Origin: Spizellomyces punctatus DAOM BR117
Lineage: Eukaryota
Reading direction: 5' to 3' (one strand)
Assembly (NCBI GenBank): GCA_000182565.2
Contig: KQ257454.1
DNA length: 64,000 bases
Shown here: piece by piece, positions 36,848 to 49,604 of the stretch
Layout of the letters: each line of letters begins with the position of its first letter
Numbering within the stretch: position 1 is the first letter of the stretch
The notes under the pieces: generated by a model
The model's input: the letters and a program-made list of their open reading frames with translations, nothing else
The model's database searches: none
Told to the model about the DNA's origin: nothing
Translations under genes and position numbers: made by a program

Positions 36848-39289
36848 ATGGTTCCGCGGTCTTCGATGGCAGCGTCGTCCAACTACCACGAGCAATCATC
36901 GGTGGAACGTCGTGGTGGCAGTGGTGGAGGGGACGACCCTCCCAAGCGGAACTCAAAGCATCGGACGCCGACAGATCCGGCCAAAGTCTGGGCATGTGAT
37001 CGATGTAGGTGCTGCCGTTTAATCACAAATCGATTGATGCGGTCACTTTCTAGTGTTGATATGGCATGAATTAGGCTACCGTCTCAAATACCGATGCGAT
37101 TCACAACGCCCGACATGCGGCAGATGCCATGCAGGGGGCTTCGAGTGTGCGTACGGATCTCGGCAGGTACGCTCCGTTTCTGCCCCACGAGATGGACGCA
37201 AGAAGCGACGGTACGACACTGCGGGATATATTCGAATGCTAGAGTCCAAGATGAGAGATCTGGAAGAATCTTTTACGGGGATGGAAGAGAGTCCGTCGAC
37301 TGATTGGGCGAAACATGGGGAGGGAGATTGGGCGGGGGAGGGAAGTTCGGGATCTGGGGGGCCTGTTACGGTTGAGACGACGTCTTTTGGCGGCTTGCCC
37401 CAGTATTTGCAGCCACTCTCAGCACCTTCTTCAATGATGCATCAGCCCCATCAGCACCAGCACCAGCACCATCAACACCATCAACACCATCATCACCATC
37501 AACACCATCATCACCATCAACACCATCAACAGGAAATAGATCAGCATGCCGCGCTAACGTCTCCTGAAACCATTGGCATGTCAGAGTTCTTTCCCGTTCA
37601 TATACCGCATACCCACCATCAAAACAGCAATCCCAACAGCACCAGTCAACCACCTACCGCCTACGGCACCTTGGTCAGCTCCAGCGACCTCTTCACTCAA
37701 CCCGTCATCAAGGATATTCTGCGTGCCTACTTTTCAGACGTCTGCCACAGATGGCTTCAAACCCCCATCCACGAAGCCACATTTACTGCAACTTTTGACT
37801 TGCAGCCCCTCTTTTTGATTTACAGTCTATGCGCCATGGCGGCCTCCACGAGTGACAATGCTCTTTTGAAGCTGTATGCACAGGAACGGGGCTGGCCATT
37901 TTATCGCGTTGGGGAGGTGTACTTTCGGGAGGGGCTAAGGATGTTGGGTGAGGTAAACGAAAGGCCGAGCGTCGATGCTGTTATTGCGTTGGGGCATTAC
38001 AAGGTTGCGGCCACAGTGATTGATCAGAGTAAGTTTGTTTTTTTAAATTTTCGTATCACCGTTGCTGTTTCGGCGTCGCTTATTCTTGAAATCTGTCAGC
38101 CGAATGGTCCGGCCATTTCCGTAAGATGTCCATCACAATGGCTCTCAAGTTAAAGCTGCATATTGATCCAGACATTGAGACGGTGCATGGACCGTTAACG
38201 TGGTTAGAAAAGGAGAAGCGACGACGGACATGGTGGGGACTGTTTGTGGTGAGTGATTTGAACCTTCAGTGTTCGCTTTTTGGTCGCTGTCAAAATGGGG
38301 GAATACTTATAATAAAAAAATAAAAACATTAGATGGACACAATAGACTGCAATCAATCCGACCAAATCCCCATCATCCCTCACCACCTGCTACCCTTCTG
38401 GGACGCGTCGACAGCTCCCTGGTCCGTCAAGCCCGTCTCACCCGATTTAATATGGACTTCTGTCACTTCGTCAGCAGACACTCCCGTGCTCAGCGCATTT
38501 ATCCCTGGAACACATTTGGATGTTGCGAAAATCGCCCATACGTTGACGGGATTGTATATGCGGATTCAGAGGTTGAGGGGTACCATTTGGGATGTCGAGC
38601 AAGCGGTGCTGGGAACCAGACACGGTGGTAGATTAGCGAATAGAGCAAGTGGGAACAGCATGGCACCCCAACCGAGAACGCTGACACCAGAAATCCAATC
38701 GCAAATTGACCAATTGGACAGGAAACTTCAATCCGTCTTGGAGCTTTTCCCAACTTGGGCTCGCAACATTGACACCTATGACAAGTTCACTCCCTCAACT
38801 ACAAGCACCTACCCACCTCCCTGGCAACTCTTTTCCCAACATCTCGTCTGGCATTGCCTGAACATTGCCCTTCATATCCCCACTCTCCTCATCGACGGCC
38901 AGCAAGCCCAGTCTTCGCCCAACCTCCGCCTCAGAAACACATTCACAATTTGTCTATCCCACGCACGCCGAGTCTCACAATTACTCCACAAACTCAAACG
39001 CATTAATCCGGAAATTAAATATCTCACGCAATGGTCATGCTATTTTGTATTCTACTCTTTATTAGTTCTTGTGATGGATTCCAAGACATCGATGGATGTA
39101 CGACATTTGGCGGAGGTCAAGCGCGATGTGGATGTGCATTTGTGGTTAACAAAAAGTTTGGGGGAAAAGTCTTTTTTGGCGACGAATATGCATCACCTTG
39201 CCCTCTCTGTTGTTGAAGACGGGTTTGGAAGCATGGGAGAAGGTGAACAGCCCATGCTGGCTGGGTGGAGTGCGGGAATGTTGGGATGA
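36848..39289 (+). CDS. Zn(II)2Cys6 fungal transcription factor
   Basis: Spliced ACDRCR-RLKYRCDSQRPTCGRCHAGGFEC; middle homology region LHIDPD..WLEKEKRRRTWW; His/Gln tract. Confidence 0.9.
37440..37530 (+). repeat. CAY/CAR trinucleotide repeat encoding a poly-His/Gln tract
   Basis: HQPHQHQHQHHQHHQHHHHHQHHHHHQHHQQ. Confidence 0.9.
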
Positions 39290-40153
39290 GAAAAGGTACT
39301 CTTTATTTTATTTACTTTTTTTTGGCTTTTGGAGTGGGAATCCTAGTTAATGGGGAATTGTAGGGAAACTGTCCAAGGAACAAATTGCCCGTTAAGGAGA
39401 TGTGGAATGCTGCTGGTTGATCAGGGTTGGGCCGTAGGACTGTTGGCGGTGATTGGGACGTGGTGATCATTGGTTTCAATACACGAACGGCGCTCTCTGG
39501 GTGCCACGAACTTTTACACAACTTGGACTCGCAGGGTGTTTGAAGAAAACAGGGTGACTACCACAAGAAGGAAAATATTTCTCCTCGGATGCTTGTGTAG
39601 ATAATTTTGTCTTTTAGATATAAGCCATCCATCATTGTGTCCCCCAAGAAGCCTGTCTCGACGACATGCTTTGCTTTCTTTAGCAGCGACCTTGCCATAC
39701 TGCCTTCCTGTCGATCGAATTTAACGTGTTCATGCAACTGCCCATGAACGTTCCCCCTTTTGCAGACTGTACTGTTTGCTGACATATCCAAGCCCAAATG
39801 TCAGTAAAGAACCGTCAAAAACACAAATGCTTTGAAACCGTAGTGTGGAAATAAGCTTTTAGGGGTGAGCGGCTCCGAAATCCCCGCATATGATGCTTAT
39901 GTAAACACGGGTCGCGCTTTGTCAGGCTGAGGGCTTGCAAGTGATCATTAAGTAAACGGAACACTGCGCAAAAGTGTGAAAAAGCGCGCTTTCTGGACCG
40001 CATGTCGGCTTTTCAGATTTTTTATCTGAAGCGGCCAGGGCAAAAAGGGCTTTGCACTGTCGACTTTGTTGGCCAGTTTAGATTTTGGGTATAAAAGTTC
40101 TTTTCAGTCTTGACCTTGTTTTTTTCCAAGGTTTGGATTTCTTTTCACAAAAG

Positions 40154-41192
40154 ATGGCCACTTTCAGTGCAAACCGCTTCCCTGCCCGTACCCTTGTTGT
40201 GGCGGGCATCCTTGTCATTACTATCCTGCTGTTCTTGGCATCATTCTCCTCAACCCCTCCTAGTGAAGCATACGGAAAGGTAATAGAGACCGTTCTTGGC
40301 TTTTCGCTCCAGAGTATAGTGAATTCTCATGGCCGTCAACGCTCTACCGTAGCTGTCGCAGGCTGCACAGGATCAGTACGCAAAACTCTCCAAAAACAAG
40401 GGAAATTCCAGACCAACTCGCCCCATTTTTATTGACCTTGGTGCCAATCGGGGCGACTCTATCCGCGTATTCCAAAAGGAACCCGGTTCCAAATGGGTAC
40501 AGGATTTTCCTAAACCATACTTTTTCGAGTACTCGGATTTTGAGTGCCACCTCTTTGAAGCAAACCCACTGTTTACCAAAGATCTCGAGCAAACAAAAAC
40601 CTTTTATGCTGAGAAGGAAAAGCCAGTTAAAGTGCACATCTACCCAAGCACGATCGTTTCCACCAAGGATGGCTTTACAGAAATGTCAATTGACACGTGG
40701 TCGACAGAAAACGACTTTTGGGTGAGTTCCAAAAAGCCCGTCGAGCGCTGTCAAAAGTCGTAAGTGTTTTCTGACTGTGATTGTTGGACATTTGACAGGG
40801 ATCCAGTATCTATCAATGGTCACAAGACGGAAAATCAAATAAACAGGGCACGACAAAACTCCCATCCGTCAACTTTTCCAAGTTCCTCATAAAAAACTTC
40901 CACAAAGAAGACTATGTCGTCGTCAAAATGGATATTGAAGGTTCGGCTCAATGATGCCTCTGTTCTGTCGTATCCATGTATGGTAGTAACAGGATCTTAA
41001 ATAGGCGCAGAGTACGAGGTCCTTCCTCACCTTGTGGAGACAGGGGCTTACAAGCTCATTGACGTCCTCCTTGTTGAATGGCATCCACGCCACCCTGCCT
41101 TCAATGAAGCAGACTGGGCGGTCGCCAACGAAGCCGGCAAAGAGATGACAAAGGCAGGCGTTTTTATGCCTTTTTATGACTCACCAGCGTAA
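40154..41192 (+). CDS. FkbM-family methyltransferase with N-terminal TM anchor, multi-exon
   Basis: FIDLGANRGDS, HLFEANP, VVKMDIEG-AEYEVLPHL and LLVEWH. Confidence 0.85.
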
Positions 41193-41398
41193 GCGGTCAG
41201 GCAGCGTAAGGAAACATGTATATTGTACAGCAAGTTCTGGCTAGGGCGGGCGGGGGTATACTACGGGCGGTTGCATAGGTTGGCTAGGCGTCATAGGGCA
41301 TCGACTAGGATGTTATTCAAACTATAATCCGCGCCAAATTCACAAATATCATTAATGACTCTGGCAAATCTTCAAAGGGTGATTGACCATCTTTAGCT

Positions 41399-42889
41399 CT
41401 ATGATTTGCCCTTTAGATCTAACCACTCAAAAAATCCACAATTGGATCCAGATTCGATACCGGACGTTTCATTACCCCCACCTGCACACATGTAAAAGTA
41501 CCGACCGAGGTTGGACTCCTTTTTGATGACAACCCTCAACTCGGTGGGATTTCCGCATCGACAGACGGGTATATTGTCCCGATACTCTGGCCTTGCAACT
41601 CGGAATGTAAGGTTGATTCGCGTGTCCTTGGATATTGGGTGCTGAATTAAAAGTTTCGGGTTACATTTTGGCACTTCATGTTTGTATTCCTCCTGGTGAA
41701 AAAAAAACAAAAAGACGATGAATGATCCGACGAGTAGAGGACCACCTATTCCTGATACCATACCTGCATGGGAGGAAGCATGATAAGCAAAGAATTGTGA
41801 GGCAGCATAATATTAAAAGTCTGAGGTACAGGTCCTCCTGGGCGTCTAATTCTCCGTACACGGAATGGTCGAGTCGCTCCCAACGTCAATGATCCTATAG
41901 TTGGACGAGGACCAATGTACGTCATCTAAAGAGAAAAAAAAAAAACCAAACCCCTTATTGAACACCAATGTATCTCAAGCCCCAATGACTCGCTTTTCCC
42001 GCACCTTGTCATTGTGTGCCCCAACTCCCTCGGCCGCACCACGATAACAATTCGCCAAAACAATATTTGGTTCCCATATTCCGACCAATTCCGCTGGATG
42101 TCTTCCCCCTTGGACATGATCGCGTTCGTCAAGTGCCCGATTTACTCGTTCGGCAATGAGTGAACGAGCTTGGGCGAGTTCCGGAAACATGGTCCTCACA
42201 TCTGTTGTCTTTTTACCTCCGTAATAGTATTCAACGTCTGGTGTTGACGATGAGGACGTGTATGGCTCGTCGGTGTAAAAGCTCGTTGTATGCGGTGATT
42301 CGACCTCTGGTGTCCAAAACACTGAGTACAACTTACAACTTGAAAGGGATGAAAACAATAACCTACCACGGTCAAACATGACAAAACGCTTGATCTTCCA
42401 AGACTCTGCCTCAACCATTAACTTTTGCAGCAGTGAAGCGGCTAATTCTTCGGGAAGCACATCCAGAACCAATTGGCATGGTATATGCTCTGCAACCTCC
42501 TTGGCCGTCAGAGTCCTTGGAGGTAGTGATACACCCTTTGCATCCTCTGCATGGAGGGACCCTGAACATAGAACCTCAAACGCATTTCGGCTACCCGGAG
42601 AACTAGTCGTCGTCGTCCCAGGTTGACTTGCGTCGTCGCTGACATCAACATGTCTGTCCAAATGCATCTTCTTACCCCCCCGTTCACTTCCCCCAAAGAA
42701 TTCGTCTATCGTTGCACCATGTTTTCTCTTGTTTGTCCCTCCACTAACATGCCCTTCCGCATTTCCTAAAAGTATTTCCACAGCTTGCTCAACACGTCCT
42801 TGAGCAAAGTCCAAAGCGTCGAGAAGATTTCTTTCGGAACGGTCGTCAAATATGCTCAACAGTAGGGCTAACTTTGCGTCCCGGTCCAT
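41399..42889 (-). CDS. CUE-like + AlkB 2OG-Fe(II) dioxygenase + GRF zinc finger protein
   Basis: N-terminal KLALLLSIF..LLDAL..GRVEQAV; NCYRG..VGAHND; YKHEVP; RINLTFR; CRCG..GRYFYMC..CGFFEW. Confidence 0.85.
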
Positions 42890-44589
42890 AAAGCGTTATC
42901 TACTGAATAGGTTTTCTGGATGTCACGGTTCCAGTAAATGTAGTTGTGGAGAGCAATTAGAGATGTTGCCCAATCCCAAGATCTTGTTGAGGCACAGTTT
43001 CACTTGAGGCTTGGCTCCGACCGATATTCCCTCCTCCGAATCTGAGTTCGTATGACTTGCAAGATTTGTGACCAGTTTACATTCCATGCTAAGGCCGTTC
43101 TTGCAAGTCATGCCCACCGGATCTCGCTTGCTGGTATCGCGATTCCCGTAGGGCCGTGGTACATATTTCATACAAACATTCGGAATCCCATCTCAGTTCG
43201 CCTGCCACATACCATTCATTGCCCCTCAAAAGAACCTTGGACATGACGAAAGATTGTAATAGAGCTCCCACAGATTAACGCTACGTTTACGACAGACATG
43301 GTCAGGTCACAGTACGGCATGCACACAGATAATCTATTTACAAGGATGGTACCGTACGGGCTATTACAAAGCTTTCCTCGTCCAAAACCATACGGAGGTG
43401 ACTAAATCCAAAAACCATCGCTAAGTATCACACCCTGCCCACCTCGCAATCAATGGACTCAAACAAGAACAGAATACCGGGCGGGGACTCGAACCTCAGG
43501 TCACGTATGGTAGACCATGCTGACACCGGCGTGGAGGATTCAGAAAGCAAACGATGGACCGGTCATTGAATGTGGACCTTTGCCAGGATATTCACACTGG
43601 CCCTCGGAACCCAGTCACCAGATTGACCCACTGTACGCAAGTGAACTCGATCTAGGGAGCTCAGGAGCATCGAAACGCTCACACAACCCTATATCATCTT
43701 GCGCAAACCTAGCTGTAAATGGCCTACGCCCCTCGTAAATATGAAAGATGCAAGAAGGATTAGCTAGATAATCGCTTTAGCGTGCTATGACGAACTCTAG
43801 GGTGCCCGCCCTGTCCCGCTATTCGAGGCAGTACAGTTGTTTGGACTCATGACTAATCCCGCAGCATCATCACCCCCAATTTAGTCACTCCTGAACCCTG
43901 TGATCAGCATTGGAAGAGCCCGTCGTCCTAGCTTTGGTGCCCCGAGTCAGGTTAACGCCGCACAAATCGAAGTGGGTTCTTTCCAGTATCTACGCAGGGG
44001 CGTGGCTGCTCCGATCGCCGTTTAACCGACGTCGTCGTTGTCTGAATCGTTGACCCTTGATCGTCCAATTGGGCGTAGCCGTAAGCAGCACTTTGCAAGA
44101 AAGCCGATTCATCATGGTCCTGCGTGCTTGCGCGTTGTCGTCCACGTGGTTTCGTAGCGCCGAGGTCTTGTGCATTGAAGTCGTACCAGCCGTTGTCATC
44201 GAGTATGGTCCAAACCTCGTTCGTTGTTTGCTGAAGTTCGATCCTGTCCTGCTCGACTTACTACCTCCGAGAGGCGTCGGCGTATATATTAAGAAAAGGA
44301 GCCAATCCCAACATCCACATCCACTCCCCCAAGCCAGCTTGGGATCCTGAGACGTGCTTGGTCACCGTGGGTAGTGTGTTTAAAATGATTGCCAGAGCAA
44401 AGCATCCAATTCCATAACACAGCCAGATGGGCTACTGGACCGCCAAGCAGCAATATATGAGATGAGAAGTGCGAGTGGCGACATTCGCTGACGAGGAAGC
44501 GGGTCTGTGAAACAGAATGGAAAGGCTGGACGAAGATGGCTCGATTGTTCAAATTTAACGTTCACAACCGGGCCGCCTTCCACCTGTTC

Positions 44590-45560
44590 CTGGCCCTCCC
44601 TCCGCTCGAAGGCATCATCGGGTTACCCACGCAGTGGGTAAGTAGTCGCTCCAACCAGCGCGAACTACAGTCCAGCTCATCCAAGTACACTGTCCTCCTC
44701 CGCCCGAAGGCATCATCGGGTTTATCCCTCGGCCCGCAGGCGGCTTCATTGGGACCAGCAGCCGCCCCACCAGCGCGGTCTGCAGTCGGTGTCCTCCGCG
44801 GCCCTCCCTCAGTCACAGACATATTGGGTTACCCACACAGTGGGTAAGTGTTTGCTCCACCCAGCGCAAACGACAGTCCTGTTCATCCAAGTACACTGTC
44901 CTCCTCCGCCCGAAGGCATCATCGGGTTTATCCCTCAGCCCGCAGGCGGCTTCATTGGGACCAGCAGCCGCCCCTCCAGCGCGGTCTGCAGTCGGTGTCC
45001 TCCGCGGCCCTCCCTCAGTCACAGACATATTGGGTTACCCACACAGTGGGTAAGTGTTTGCTCCACCCAGCGCAAACGACAGTCCTGCTCATCCTGCACG
45101 GCCCTCCCTCCGTCACAGACATCATCGGGTTACCCACACAGTGGGCAAGTGTTTGCTCCACCCAGCGCAAACGACAGTCCTGCTCATCCGGCACGCCCTC
45201 CCTCCGTCACAGACATCATCGGGTTACCCACACAGTGGGCAAGTGTTTGCTCCAACCACCGCAAACGACAGTCCTGCTCATCCGGCTCGGCCCTCCCAAC
45301 AGCCACAGACATGTTGGGTTACCCACGCAGTGGGTAAGTAGTCGCTCCAACCAGCGCGAACTACAGTCCAAGTCATCCTCCATGGCCCTCCCAACAGCCA
45401 CAGACATGTTGGGTTACCCCTGCAGTAGGTAAGTAGTCGCTCCAACCAGCGCGAACTACAGTCCAAGTCATCCTCCATGGCCCTCCCAACAGCCACAGAC
45501 ATGTTGGGTTACCCACACAGTGGGTAAGTAGTCGCTCCAACAGCGCGAACTACAGTCCAT
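44590..45560. repeat. Tandem array of ten ~95-108 bp hairpin-rich units
   Basis: Unit cores (GGGTT) at 44620, 44718, 44826, 44924, 45032, 45127, 45221, 45316, 45411 and 45506. Each canonical unit has the inverted repeat TTACCCAC-NCA-GTGGGTAA. Confidence 0.92.
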
Positions 45561-45589
45561 GAAGAGCTTGGGGGGGAGGGAAGGGTGCC

Positions 45590-45940
45590 TTTTTATAACT
45601 TTCAGAGGCCCCCCAACACGTCGCGAAATAACGCGCAGCATTACTGCGCACAGATTACGTTAGTCTCCCCACCGACAATCTGCATTTGGTAATATTGGTA
45701 GCTTTTACGGTATAATGATTCACGCGTAAAATTAAATATTTTCATTTGGGGACATAAATGAACACCCGTGGAGCAAAAGATTAATTTGATTGGTCCAAAA
45801 ACTCCGCATTACCAGGGCTTTTTTTCTGAAATTAAACTTGATTTGGTAAAATAGAGGTTTCGGCACGCTTTCTGATTGGCTGAAAGTCTTAGGTCGCCAT
45901 CATCCAACGTGGCCGGATGACCCAGACTGATTTTGATTGG
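45590..45940 (-). promoter_or_regulatory. Putative Pol II promoter (three CCAAT boxes plus TATA) firing into the repeat array
   Basis: Minus-strand CCAAT at 45936-40, 45875-79 and 45789-93, TATAAAAA at 45590-97, then a pyrimidine-rich tract before the first unit. Confidence 0.5.
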
Positions 45941-48224
45941 CCAAAGATTTGTAATTTACCGGAGCCGACATTAAGTTACCAGCCCCATTCTTGCCTCTGG
46001 GTGCTGGCGCTCTTTAGTGGCGTCACAATTAGGAACATCGCCTGCAATGAACTGCCCGTCTTGGTTGGTAAAGGTTAACATAATTTAAGTAATACGTCTC
46101 TTGAATGAGGGCATTGATGTAAGATCCGCAAGGAAGAATAGAAATATTGGGCAGGAGCCGCTTCAGGAAACTGACTGTGATGCACACCGGGGCAGTTACA
46201 GGGGTGATTTGAGCTACTGCTGTCAAGTCCCCAACTCGCATCGATATGATCACCGAACAAGTGGTTGGATTTGAATTACATGCTTTAATGGGTGGCAGAT
46301 AAAGTAATAGCCAAGTAAAACCACTGCTGTGCTTGTCCGGTGAATACATCGACAGAATATTTGCAGTCCGAAGTGGAAACACATACTGGCACTGACGTTG
46401 ATGAACTACCGTTAGAAAAATAGGGAAATGTAAATAACGCCATGTCATGCTTGCTGAGATTATATAGAGCTCTTGTCGTTCGATAGCAGCTAACGACCTA
46501 CATCCAACTTATCCAAGTTTACGATGGTGGATAAAGGGCGCAAGGCTCTTGCTCTTTCCAATGTAACTAATTTCCCCAATTCATGTATATGAAAGAGGCC
46601 TCCTTAATGTAGCAGGCAAATTAGTCTACACAGTGCTAGAATACAGGATAAGGACAGAATCCAATGCTGCGTTCGTTTGTAAAAGCCGCTCTTGTATTAG
46701 ATCATTTCTGTGCTAACCTTTCACTTGGCAGGGTATTTCTGCGACTTTGGGTGTGAGCGTCACAATAATCGCAGCATCTCTGAAGCTCCTCTAAGCTCTC
46801 GAGGGAGCATCTTCGCTCGGATTGTTATCCGTGAGGAGCGGTAGGGGAGGTTCTGGTCGGGCGTCTGGAATACACCACTGGCGGGGGATTGTTACCAGTG
46901 CCTCTACTGTGAGGAATCCATTAGATAAAAATAGGCAAGATGATGGTGTTATGGAATGGTTGTTTTCCAATGGGATTCGATATTTTCTTTTTCAGGTTCT
47001 TTCTCCAGTAATGTCCATTGGGCATTTCAATTATTGTCGTCATAGTCACCATCCTGAACGATGTTGGTTGCGGAAAAGACATTCAATACATGACGGGTAG
47101 ATTCTACCTGGTTCAATAGGCAATCTGGTTTGGTGGCCATATGACTCGCTCGCATACTGGTCTATGTCTCGTGGTCCCATTCATCGTTTACGAGTATCAC
47201 CGTCGATATATGCAGGTAATTGCTCCCAATATAGCGCATCTGCTGTTAAGCTTCCGCTTATGGCCATATGTTAGTTCCCTTTCAGTCGGTGCTCCTGTTG
47301 TCTGCTTCTGTTGGGGATTCCGGATTTACATTATTTCTATGAAGAACATGATTACAAGACGTTACGGGGAGCAGGCTTCTAAATAGAATATTCGATCAGA
47401 ACCCAAAAACCTTAAATTCCATCTGCGGTACCAGTTCGCCTATGTTTTCCAATTAGTCCCAAGGTTCACTCTCGGATCCAAGGTTCACCGGAAACCTGAA
47501 GTAGGACCCCAAGCAGAAACCTTAGTTCTAAGATAAATTCTCCGACCGATCAGTTACATGAGAACAGATATCAACTGGATGGCTCCAAGTTTTGAAATGT
47601 AAGCAGCAGCTTCTCGCCCTCGTTGCACGCTGTCAGAGAACGCGGTCGGCTGTCGCAAATGCGGTAGACGTCTTGGACGGCTTTGTATCAATGGCATACA
47701 ATAATTCATTGGCAGAATTGCTGTTTCTGGATTTTTCTTCTTGGGCTGCAGCACATTACTTCCTTCATTCCAACGTCGTCTCACAGAAAAGACGGATTCT
47801 CGTTTCGGTTCCTCTGAAGGAGATTGGCTGGCGACTAACCAATTCTAGGCAATTCCGCAGCACCTCGCAGACTTTCATGTGAATTTACAAAAATGTCGGT
47901 CGTTAAATAAAGGTGTTATCATTGAATGGCCATTTACTGTCCATTTACAGCTCGATTCCAGCATTTACAGCTTTTGGTTGCATGGATTCACAAGCACAAT
48001 CAGCAATCAAAGACCTTCATCAGGTACTTCTATTGTTGGAGAATCCTCAGCGATTCCTCCTAGATCTACTAGAAAAGTAAGTCAACGAAAGTCTCCAATC
48101 GTTCCCATCAGCCGACAATTCCCCCAGACAGAGCATTGGACGCGCTACATCTGCTGTTGCGGGGACAACGCCTTATGTGACTTGGTGAACGCGTTGGGCT
48201 CTGAGGCTTTTCTGCTTACCCACA

Positions 48225-49436
48225 ATGCGGCTTTTCCTCCCATTCAGCAGCACACATTCCAAGTCTCTTTGGCTACCAATCAGACGATCGGGTGTGCGTG
48301 TAAGAACAATGGCCACTGCAGAAAGGGCAGGACACCGGTTACCCAAGACCGCCGCCGATGCGCTGTATTCAATGTATGCAAACGAGCTTGGGGACAGGTT
48401 CGTAATTGGCAATTCTCCCTAGTAAGGCGGACAAAGTGCTCTACAATGTTGAGTCGTACTGACCATATCACCTCTTTGTAGATTGAAAGCTCTGGAGAAT
48501 ACAATAGATCCCTCAGTACCTCCCGAAAGTCCATTTATAATACGACTCGATGGCGTCTCTTTCCGAGTTTTCACCAAAGGCCTGCGAAAGCCATTTGATG
48601 AGCGCCTGACGGATGCATTGATTGACACCACCAAGGATCTGATGTGGAGATTTGGTGCTGTGCTGGGGTATTCCCAGTCGGATGAGATATCGTTGGTGTT
48701 TCCTCCAGCTTGGGTGGCAGAACCTGCGCCAGCGGACAACGCACTTGAAATCGCTCCTGGAACAGTTGGAACAGCAAACGCACCACCTTTCCCGCCGGCA
48801 GTGACGAGTCCACCATCCAAACCAGTTACACCACAAAAGCACATGTACTCTGGGCGCGTCCAGAAGTTGGCCTCCGTAACGGCATCCTACGCTACAGCAC
48901 GCTTAAACTACTATCTATCTGCGCAGAACTGGGACGATCTTGCTTCACAACATCGAGAACGGATGTTAGCACACGTTGCACATTTCGATGGCCGAGTGGT
49001 ACCAACGTCGGACGCAAAGTCTGCCATGGAATGCATCTTTTGGCGATCAAATTTTGATGGATTCCGGAACAGCATATCCCACATTTCTCACTCGTACTTC
49101 ACATCAAGGCAGCTTCATAATAGAGGGTTGGAGGAACAGTTGGAGATGCTATCAGAAAAGGGTGTTGATCCATTTCAAGAGTATCAGGCCAAGTTCCTGT
49201 TCGGAACCTGGGTCAAGAAGGAGCAGTACGAGCTGCATGGAAGGATAAACCTAAAGACGGGGACACCCGTTCAAGGTCCAGTGCTTCGATCTCGTATCAG
49301 GACTGGGTCCTTTAACTGGGCGGACTGGAATGAGGATGAACGCATTCGATTTACTATGGCTAAACATTGGGCGATTGATCCGTCAAGTCCTCCAAAGCAT
49401 CCCCTCCCAGTGACCAATAATAGTGAATCTCTGTGA
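48225..49436 (+). CDS. Thg1-like protein (3'-5' nucleotidyltransferase) with probable mitochondrial presequence
   Basis: Spliced ELGDR-LKALE (intron 48398-48481), IIRLDGVSF, KPFD, YSQSDEISL, GRVQKLAS and HFDGRV. Arg/Ser-rich, acid-free N-terminus. Confidence 0.9.
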
Positions 49437-49604
49437 ACAGATTTTCTTTTCACATTGTACATCTACTATCCATCTCACCTTTGGTCTCCCCACTTTTTTG
49501 TACTGTCTACTATATGATACCTATATTATTGCTATGTATATCCACTATGGAGAATATCTCAAACACCAAATTTCAATCCAAAATTTGGCGGTGTCGATCA
49601 AATA

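Noticed and set aside
44871-44884. Hairpin or hammerhead ribozyme (GACAGTCCTGTT resembles the hairpin-ribozyme substrate strand)
   Set aside because: No partner AGAA loop-A strand or loop-B motifs, and no CUGANGA/GAAA core on either strand.
44536-45502. ORFs across the repeat array
   Set aside because: Unit lengths shift frame and the same peptides appear in several frames, so these are by-products of the repeat.
44590-45560. CRISPR array
   Set aside because: The sequence between the palindromic cores is homologous from unit to unit, so there are no unique spacers. No cas genes are present and the context is eukaryotic.
46030-48200. Genes or transposon relics among the short ORFs
   Set aside because: No recognisable motifs or consistent splice structure by eye. 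Left unannotated.
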